Positions 20,332-28,500 of a stretch of DNA of 64,000 bases are shown here, one piece after another. Every line of letters begins with the position of its first letter. Position 1 is the first letter of the stretch. Origin of the DNA: Kangiellaceae bacterium (GTDB taxonomy: Bacteria; Pseudomonadota; Gammaproteobacteria; Enterobacterales; Kangiellaceae); NCBI GenBank assembly GCA_965230335.1, contig CBDDKS010000006.1:1569321-1633320 (forward strand), written 5' to 3'. The notes below the pieces were generated by a model. That model saw nothing but the letters and a program-made list of their open reading frames with translations. It made no database searches and was not told the origin of the DNA. Position numbers and translations under genes: made by a program.

Positions 20332-20481
20332 TTTTTACCATTTAAATTTTCAATTAACCTCATACAAATAATTTCATATAAATAAAGGTTGTTTCAATTT
20401 CATTTGATTGTTAATATCAGATGGAGTTGAGTAATTGCTTTTTTGTGCAGCTTTATTAAGAATTTTAGGAGATACTAAAAT

Positions 20482-20763
20482 ATGAATGAGACTGAAATGT
20501 ATGCAGCTCCAAAATCCGAGCTAGAAAATAATGAGTTGAATACTAAGAAGGCAAATTGGATTATTGTTGATTTGTCTTTTTGGTTAGCACACCTTGGATT
20601 TATATTTGGTATGATCATGATGGCTCCATCATCTGATAATGATAGTGCCATGTCTGTAATATCATTAATATTACTGATAACAGGAATGCTTTCAATGGTT
20701 GTATATTTTTTCGCAATTGGTATTTTTGGTGGGATTAAAAATATAATTATTAAAGTCGCTTGA
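20482..20763 (+). CDS. Small membrane protein (93 aa, 2 TM).
   Basis: ORF with an SD-like GGAG 8 nt upstream. Hydrophobic. Confidence 0.35.
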   Translation: MNETEMYAAPKSELENNELNTKKANWIIVDLSFWLAHLGFIFGMIMMAPSSDNDSAMSVISLILLITGMLSMVVYFFAIGIFGGIKNIIIKVA

Positions 20764-20804
20764 ATGCTTTATTTTATCTATTGGAATGATCTCATTCCTA
20801 ACTG

Positions 20805-21419
20805 CTAATCAATGGTTATTTTGTTGGATATAAATCGGCTTTTAAGGAAACGTCCATGAGATTCCAAACTGTCCATATCATTTTTATGAATATCTTCCAC
20901 AATATTTTTCATTTCCTGATCGAGGAGATTCAATTGTTCTATCAGCGTTTCTTTTGGAGTTTGATTATTTTTTCCATTATGAAACCTGGCATAGGCTCGT
21001 GGTAATTTTAAATAGCTTTCTAATGTTTCAGGCAGGTAACTGAGAGCGGTTTCTCTAATAGTGTAAGCTGCTTTATTGGTTTGATCCATTTCCAATAGTT
21101 TAGGTAAGACAATCTGTATGGAGTTGATGATATTTTCGACTTTGATAAGAATATCTTTTGCAACTTTGCTTTTTAATGTTTTTAATAAATCGTCCAGTGC
21201 TTTTCGGATATTATGAATATCGGCTTCTCGATTTAATACAAACTCATAGTTTTCAGGTTTAGGAAATATTAAAAAAACAGCCAGGTATAAACCAGGAACA
21301 ATAAAATACCAGTGTTTATCGATAATGCCTAAAAAGTAACAAAGCAGGCCTAGCAGACCAAATAGAGAAGCTACAATATTGGGCATTCCATAAAGATAAT
21401 ACAGAATGCGCTTTTTCAC
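20805..21419 (-). CDS. XpaC-like (5-bromo-4-chloroindolyl phosphate hydrolysis protein family) membrane protein. Last gene of the TelA operon.
   Basis: The 204-aa protein has two N-terminal TM helices and a helical soluble domain, the same size and topology as B. subtilis XpaC. It has a GTG start 2 nt after the stop of the upstream gene, with GAGGG upstream. Confidence 0.5.
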   Translation of the reverse strand: MKKRILYYLYGMPNIVASLFGLLGLLCYFLGIIDKHWYFIVPGLYLAVFLIFPKPENYEFVLNREADIHNIRKALDDLLKTLKSKVAKDILIKVENIINSIQIVLPKLLEMDQTNKAAYTIRETALSYLPETLESYLKLPRAYARFHNGKNNQTPKETLIEQLNLLDQEMKNIVEDIHKNDMDSLESHGRFLKSRFISNKITID

Positions 21420-21421
21420 GT

Positions 21422-22978
21422 TTATTGATACCCTCTGATTTTTTTAAATACAAAATGCAGGGATTGCTTTTTTGCATCAAATATCCGACCACCGGTTATG
21501 TTACTTAATTCATTCATTTCTACATCATTGCTGTCGCCAAATAAGATAGGAAAGGTTTTAATTCTTTGGGCTTCTTGAGGTAATCGTCGAAATATTTTTT
21601 TAAAGGTTTGAAAATTTATACCAGATTGATTTGAACCATCGGTTAATAATAATATGCTATAAAATTTTTCAGGATTTTCATTTTGTGCTTTAATGGCCAT
21701 TTTATAAGCTGTATCTAATGCGCTATAGATTGCAGTGCCTCCAAGTGCCTGTAAATGTTGAACATGGTTTCTTAATGACTGCATATCTGTGCTGTTATAA
21801 TCTGTATTTTGAATTTTAAAATCAACGGGATTAAATGCTTTGCTATTGAAAGGTATGATAGTAATAGTTTCCCGTGCACGAAAGCGTGAGAATTGCCCCG
21901 TTATTGATTGATCGGCACCAGTCAGGTTAGAAATAGACTGCTTAAGTAAATTAATATTTGACCCTTGCATAGAGCCACTGATATCGAGAACAAAAAAGGT
22001 ATGTGAAGGTTTCCTATGTTTGTCCAAATAAGCAAATAATAGTTTATCAATTTCAGATAAAGTTCTAGGGAAAGGTAATTCTACAAGTAATTGTTTTGGA
22101 AAGCGGGCATCAGGTTTTACTTTAGGATTAACAGGACGTCTTTGTGTGGTTTTCATAATCTGGTTTTGTAATTTTTCGGACATTAAACATTCAACCAGTT
22201 TATGAAAAGTTTTCTTTTTATTATTGTTTAACAGCATGAGTGGATAATCAGCCGTAATAATACCTTCTTGTGGATAAACTAGAATGAGTTTTTCTTTTAA
22301 ATTACCGCTTGCATTCAATTGCATTAATACAGATTCGTAGTTAATAATAGCATCCAGACGATCTTGTTCTCTGACATAAGATTCTGCCAACCAGCCTGAG
22401 CTACCCGCTGTTAGATCCTGCCCTTTAAAAAATTGTTTCAATGTTTTTTCATCTATAGAAGACAGATCAAAAGTGTCTTGGCTATTTGAAAATGCAGCAG
22501 CAACACCGACCAAGGCAGTAAAACCTGAGTTACTTGAAGCAGGATTTGTCATAGCATAACGCAATTGTCCTGTTGCTGCTTTATTGGCAATATCACGCCA
22601 GGTTAGATTTTTATTAGTATCCCAACCAAATTTTCTCGCTTGGCTTTCTTTAATTCCCATAACAACGGGAGACAGCATAATTTTATCTTGAGAAACAATT
22701 CGATTTCGTGTTTGTTCAAGTAATGTTAAATATTTTGCATGTGAAAACCAAGCTATATCATAAAGCTCTCCTCCAGCCAGTTTTTCTGCACCATCCAATG
22801 TTCCAATATATTGAAACTCTAATGTTGCATTAGCGCACTTCTGAATATCGTTTAATAAGGGCTTGATATCTTTTAATTCAGAGCCTGCCAATATAGAAAA
22901 ACTTTCTTTAGGCGTATCACTACAACTAAAGAGAAGACAAGAGAAGAAAAATACAGTAACAATATGACGTAAGACCAT
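21422..22978 (-). CDS. Lipoprotein with an N-terminal PBP-like (solute-binding-like) domain fused to a C-terminal vWA domain with an intact MIDAS.
   Basis: Lipobox LFSCS. MIDAS DISGSMQG...T(A)...LLLTDGSNQSG in the C-terminal 200 aa. The N-terminal approx. 280 aa are periplasmic-binding-protein-like. Confidence 0.75.
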   Translation of the reverse strand: MVLRHIVTVFFFSCLLFSCSDTPKESFSILAGSELKDIKPLLNDIQKCANATLEFQYIGTLDGAEKLAGGELYDIAWFSHAKYLTLLEQTRNRIVSQDKIMLSPVVMGIKESQARKFGWDTNKNLTWRDIANKAATGQLRYAMTNPASSNSGFTALVGVAAAFSNSQDTFDLSSIDEKTLKQFFKGQDLTAGSSGWLAESYVREQDRLDAIINYESVLMQLNASGNLKEKLILVYPQEGIITADYPLMLLNNNKKKTFHKLVECLMSEKLQNQIMKTTQRRPVNPKVKPDARFPKQLLVELPFPRTLSEIDKLLFAYLDKHRKPSHTFFVLDISGSMQGSNINLLKQSISNLTGADQSITGQFSRFRARETITIIPFNSKAFNPVDFKIQNTDYNSTDMQSLRNHVQHLQALGGTAIYSALDTAYKMAIKAQNENPEKFYSILLLTDGSNQSGINFQTFKKIFRRLPQEAQRIKTFPILFGDSNDVEMNELSNITGGRIFDAKKQSLHFVFKKIRGYQ

Positions 22979-23010
22979 AATAAGACTCTGTTGATTAAAA
23001 TGTTAACTAT

Positions 23011-24225
23011 TTATAAAGACAGAACATTTTCTGATGATAATGTTTTCATTTCTTCATTACGAACACGATCAACATAGGATTGTGCTTTTGTAATTTCACT
23101 GCTGAGTGTATCTACAGTTTGTTGCATATTATTTAATGCTTTCACTTTAAAGTCGGCCATCATATCCATGGTATCGTATATGTTTTGAAAAGCAGTTTTT
23201 AATTTATTTAATTCAACCGTTGAACTTGCAGCATCCTGCTGAATTTGTCCTGACTGTTGTTTCAGCATTTCAGAGGTGCCCTGGATTAAGTTGCTGGTTG
23301 TTTTATTTAAAGCTGTAATCTGGTCTAAAACAAGCTTCTGATTATTCAATGCGCTGGCCACCATAACGGCTGTTCTTAAAGCAGATACAGTGGTGGTGGT
23401 TGCCCGGTCAACACCTTTAATGAGTTCCAAATTATTTTTTCGTATCATATCCAATGCTAAGTATCCCTGAATACTAATTGCCTCTTGTGTTAGGAGGTCG
23501 GTAATTTTTTGTCGCACATAAAAGAGAAGTTCTTCTTTTATAATTCGGGATTTTTCTTTATCAGTAGTTTCTATTTCAGCAATTTTTTCTGTAAGTACTT
23601 TGTCGATTTCCTTGCCAATATAAGTATATTTTTTTAATTTTTGCATGATTTCCCATAAATTGGCTTTTTCCTGTTCAATCGTTGCATTATCTTTTTTTAA
23701 TTCATCCTGACTTCTATATAGTGTTTCTATGATGGCATTAATATGGGTTTGGGAAGATTGATATTTTGCAAAGTAATCACGAATTTTATTGCCAAAAGGA
23801 ATAAAACCAAATAATTTCTTAGGTGTGAATAAATCACCTTGTGATGATGGATCAAGATCTTCTACTTTTTGACGCAGTTCAACTAAAGCCTGACCAACCG
23901 TTGTGTTTTCTCCCGCAACTTGAGCGGTTAATACTTTTGTTGGACGATCAAGCATTCTATTGGAGGAACCCGCAGCATCATAAATCTCTTTTGTGCCCAT
24001 GGCATGTACAGCATTCAGCTTTTCTTTAAAATCGTCACTGTGTATATCTAAAGAAATAATGGCATTCACAAATTCATGTACTCGTTCATTGAGACTTTGT
24101 TTTTCGTCGTCATTGAGTGATACCATTTCATAGGCTTTTTCAGGTGCAACTGCTTTAACAGCTTCAGGTGGTGATAAGACAAGAGTGGTTTCGGATGAAT
24201 CAATAGTGCTATTTAATTGTTCCAT
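23011..24225 (-). CDS. telA: TelA-family (toxic anion resistance / KlaB) protein.
   Basis: 404-aa all-alpha protein. The segments KIRDYFAKYQSSQTHINAI and QGYLALDMIRKNNLELIKGVDRATTTT parallel conserved TelA/YaaN regions. GAGGA lies 7 nt upstream of the ATG. Confidence 0.7.
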   Translation of the reverse strand: MEQLNSTIDSSETTLVLSPPEAVKAVAPEKAYEMVSLNDDEKQSLNERVHEFVNAIISLDIHSDDFKEKLNAVHAMGTKEIYDAAGSSNRMLDRPTKVLTAQVAGENTTVGQALVELRQKVEDLDPSSQGDLFTPKKLFGFIPFGNKIRDYFAKYQSSQTHINAIIETLYRSQDELKKDNATIEQEKANLWEIMQKLKKYTYIGKEIDKVLTEKIAEIETTDKEKSRIIKEELLFYVRQKITDLLTQEAISIQGYLALDMIRKNNLELIKGVDRATTTTVSALRTAVMVASALNNQKLVLDQITALNKTTSNLIQGTSEMLKQQSGQIQQDAASSTVELNKLKTAFQNIYDTMDMMADFKVKALNNMQQTVDTLSSEITKAQSYVDRVRNEEMKTLSSENVLSL

Positions 24226-24269
24226 ATGGTATTCCTCATGTTATAGATTGAAGTATATTGTTTTCATAG

Positions 24270-25337
24270 TTAATATTGTTGTTCAATACGTTGGATCATA
24301 GCTTCAACGAATTCGTAAGCTGGAGGTTCAATAACATTAACCAGATTCTTACCAATTTTGATTTGATGTTTTATAATAAATTCATTGAAATATCCCGTAT
24401 TGCTGTTTCTGAAACCATGTTCAATAGCAAGCTTTTGTAACTCGATATCAGTTTCCAATATCTCTCCAAAACGATGACCATCTTCAGATAAACTGACTAG
24501 CACATGTTTGGTAAATAAAGAAGGTTCTGGGTACAGTAAAACCATATCAGAATAAATGCTGCCATCTTTTAAAGAGGCTTTATAAATAAATTGTGATTCA
24601 TAAATTAAAACCAAAGGTGCTTTCCCCATACCCATAACAAGATAATCATCAAAAGGTACAGCAGAGGAATACTCAATAAACCCCTGGCGTTTAAATAATT
24701 CTGAAACACTATGAATAATAGGGTCAATTTGTTCGTAGTTTTGTATAACGTTATTGTTATTTAACACGTAGCTGGCTAATGATAAATACATTGCAGCAGA
24801 ATTTGATTTACGAATATCTGTTGAATTAATTAATAATGCTTTGTTTACAGAGAAAGAGCTATTATTTTTTAAATCTTTCCAACGCATTTTTTTATTGAAA
24901 GCATCCAAGTAAGCTTTCATGTTTAACGTATAATAATGGCCTTTATTGGTTACCATTCCATTGTCTTGTAAAATGTTAACGATAGGCTGCCAGGAAGCGA
25001 TGGCAATAGGTGTAAAGAAAGGGTTATAGGATTTTGTATTTGAATTTTCTCTACGAATTTTTTCAGCAGCAGGTAATCCTGCTGGGAACGCATAATCGTA
25101 TTTTGTTAAATCAAAGCTGGTTGCAATTTGTCGAGAACCTGCTTTTTGATATTTTACTATAAATCCAAGCTTTTTAAGTCGTTTTTGAACTCTGGGATCA
25201 TCAAAAAAAGGGCGTTTTTCTGAACCAATGAGTCCTATGATTTCGACGGCTTTTTGTGATTGCAAAGAATCATATATTGCATAGCCAACGCCAGAGAGTA
25301 GCAAGATACTTAAAATAGGTCCCAAAATTTTTTTCAT
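24270..25337 (-). CDS. Secreted PBP-like protein, paralogous to the N-terminal domain of the vWA lipoprotein.
   Basis: Signal/anchor MKKILGPILSILLLSGVGYA. Over its first 60 aa the segment AVEIIGLIGSEKRPFFDDPRVQ...YQKAGS...TKYDYAFPAG shows loose pattern similarity (I-G/A-GSE, Y..G/AGS, YD) with SFSILAGSELKDIKPLLNDIQ...YIGTLDGAEKLAGGELYDIAW of the neighbouring gene. GAGGA RBS. Confidence 0.45.
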   Translation of the reverse strand: MKKILGPILSILLLSGVGYAIYDSLQSQKAVEIIGLIGSEKRPFFDDPRVQKRLKKLGFIVKYQKAGSRQIATSFDLTKYDYAFPAGLPAAEKIRRENSNTKSYNPFFTPIAIASWQPIVNILQDNGMVTNKGHYYTLNMKAYLDAFNKKMRWKDLKNNSSFSVNKALLINSTDIRKSNSAAMYLSLASYVLNNNNVIQNYEQIDPIIHSVSELFKRQGFIEYSSAVPFDDYLVMGMGKAPLVLIYESQFIYKASLKDGSIYSDMVLLYPEPSLFTKHVLVSLSEDGHRFGEILETDIELQKLAIEHGFRNSNTGYFNEFIIKHQIKIGKNLVNVIEPPAYEFVEAMIQRIEQQY

Positions 25338-25545
25338 AGATTCCTCAAAAAATGCGTTATATATTACAAAAGTACATTTTACCTCTTATTCTAAAAGAGA
25401 TCTAATTTATCAATAAAGTAAGGTTAACTATGAAAGAGCAGCAAGCTCTATATAAATCCATATATTTTATAGCAACATAAAGATAGTAACATATATTGGT
25501 TTTTCATATACAGCCTTCATAAAATTGTCATAAAAATGACTTTTT

Positions 25546-28500
25546 TTATGACTTCTTGTCTTTTGCAGATGATTGTTTCTCACTGGAATGAGTGATGCTG
25601 GGTTCAGATAATACCTGTTTAAGCTGTCCCACTTGATGTTCAATCTCACCCATTTTTTCATGTGTTTTTAAATCAATGTTCAATTTACCATCCATAATTT
25701 TAATTAAAGGTAATAAACTGTTTTGCATCGTATCGGTTAATGCTTCCAGTAAGGTTTTAATACCTGGAACCGGTTGATTAATGACTTCAACTTTTGGCTG
25801 TGGAAAGTCCATTGCTGTGACGAGTTTGTCAAAATGTTTAGATAGTTCTGAGAGCAGTTTTTTTGTCAACGCATCATCCAAAGTTTGACCCTGTGTTGAG
25901 TTTGTCTGTGATGATGACAGGATTTCTTTGAAATGTGCGATATTATTAACCAGTTCATGAAGCTGACGTACTATTTTTTCACCGGCTTCCATATTGCTGC
26001 CACCAATGGCCTTATTTTTTATAAATTCTTTTTTAATAGCTTCCCAGCGTTGCTTTTCATCGTTACTTAATATATTTCTTAATTCATTCAGTTTAAGTAG
26101 ATTTTCTTCGGTACTTTTTGTTAATAATTGTGCTTCGCCCTGATAATGATCACTGATCAATTGTTCAAGCTCATCATCTGTCATACTTGCAGAAATTTTT
26201 TCCGCAATTTTATTCATATTACGATAGGAGCCTTGCAATTTAAAAGGTGGTTCAGTTCGGTAGCGATCGTCCTGTGCACTGGAAGCAATGTAACATTGAT
26301 TCACTTTTGAAATAATAGATTGAATACTAAACAATTTATCTAAAATGTTGGTGATTTCTTTAATTTCTGAAAGGCTATATTGATGCTCTAATTCATTGGT
26401 TGATGTTTGCTGATTTTTTGTCATATCAATGAATCGATAAATGTCATCCATTGATCGTGATACCAGGGGAGCCAATATAGCATTTGAAGTCAGTGCATTT
26501 TCGATATAACTTAAATGGAAGATGTCATCCTGACCACCGAGTATATCGCCCAGGTTATAAATATCTGCACGATTAGCTAGCATATCAGGTATTTTAAAAA
26601 CATCACCTGATTCTGTATAAGGATTGCCTGCCATAACCACACAAAACTTTTTGCCTCGCATATCATATGTTTTCGCTTTGTTCTTCCAGACACCTTCGAT
26701 TCGTCTTGTACCATCACATAAAGATATGAATTGCTGTAAAAATTCAGGATTGGTATGTTGAATATCATCCAGATAGAGCATAACGTTATTGCCCATTTCA
26801 AAAGCCAGATTGAGTTTTTCAAGCTCTTGTCTTGCACTGCTGTTATCCGCCTGCTCTGGATCAACCGAAGTCGTATGATGTCCAATGGCTGGGCAGTTAA
26901 TACGCATAAAAATAAGTCCCAAGCGACTGGCAATGTACTCCATTAATGTTGTCTTACCATAGCCTGGTGGTGAAATCATAATAAGCAACCCCATCAAGTC
27001 CGTTCGTTTTTTGTCACCAACAGTTCCTAACTGTTTGGCAAGATTATCACCGATGATAGGTAAGTAAGCCTGATTAATGAGTTGATTTCTGACAAAAGAA
27101 GTTAAAGGCCGAGGAATAAAATCTTTAATACGCAAAGCATTTCTTTGTTCTTGAATCAGATGCTGTCTCATTTTTTGGAATTTATGATAGCCAGGCTCTA
27201 TAAAATGCTTATGGTAAGCAAGGCGTTCCAGATAATCATCCAATTCTATGGTCATGGTTTGTTGTTGAATACGAGGATGTTGGCCTAATAAATGCTCAAT
27301 ATTCAGTTGAATATCCAATTGTTGCACATCAAAAGCAAGATGTTGTTGTGTGTTCAATAGGGCAATCGCTTCAGGAAGGAAGCTTTTGTAGGATGTTTTA
27401 TTATGACTGATAATAAACGCATTCAACCATGCGGATGTCAATAGCCATTGTTTGCCAATATCACCATTGAGTGTTTTTAAAGCTTTCTGATAATCTTTCC
27501 ATAAATCCTGAGTTTCCAGATTGAGTTTAAAATCATGTACGATGGAGTCGGCATATTTTGAACTGACAAAATGACCCTGTTCTTTGCCAAGTTCGACCAC
27601 CAGATATTCAGAGGCCAGTTGAGATGTGGTTTCTTTAACTGATATATGGTGTTCTGTTGTAAATTCTTCCAGATGCGATGCGATTTCTTGATTAAGCTCC
27701 ATAATGGCAGTATTCGAAGAAAATATATTGGAAATTTTCTGTGCATTTCTTGCTCGAATAGGCCAGTTCTTACACATGGGTTTTTCTTTATGATTTGCCC
27801 AAAATACAACCGCAACTGCACGAGCTAAAGCAGGATATTTTAATGCACCAGAAGTATTATAAGCATCAATCAGTTTTTCCAATAAGAGTGCAGCATCATG
27901 ATCGTGAATACCTTTTTCATAGCCTTCCTGATATCGACTTACAATGTATTGGGAGATGAGTTGTTTCAGAGCCGATTTATCGGATACTGCATCAGTCAGT
28001 AATGACCACGTTAAATTCTCTTTATTTTCTAATGCCGATTGAATAATAGAGTAAGATAAATATTCTCCACGATAAATCTCTTCTGTTTCAGAATATAAAG
28101 ACAGATGCCAAAAGGGTTTAAGTTCATCAATTTCTGGGTGATTGATTTTTTCAAAAAAATCAGTTCCTGTTAAATGTACATAGAGTGCATCTTCACGATG
28201 GATGATAGTGACATCCAATTCTTGTGAATTGACAGAAAATTTATGTCGGGGGCCCAGTTTAATCACTTGCCCACCTTCTTCATAAATATCTGCTTTATCC
28301 CTCAGCATTTTTAAAGAAAGTTCTTTACTGGCTTTTAATTTTCCTAATAGCGTTTCTGCTTTTACGGTATCATCATAAGTTCTGAGTTTGTCACAAAGTT
28401 CATTAATTCTTAAAACCAAGGTATCTGAAGAGAAAAAAGTATTCAATTCATCCTGTGTATTCAGTTTTTTTGTTCTTCTTTGAATACTTTCTAAAACACG

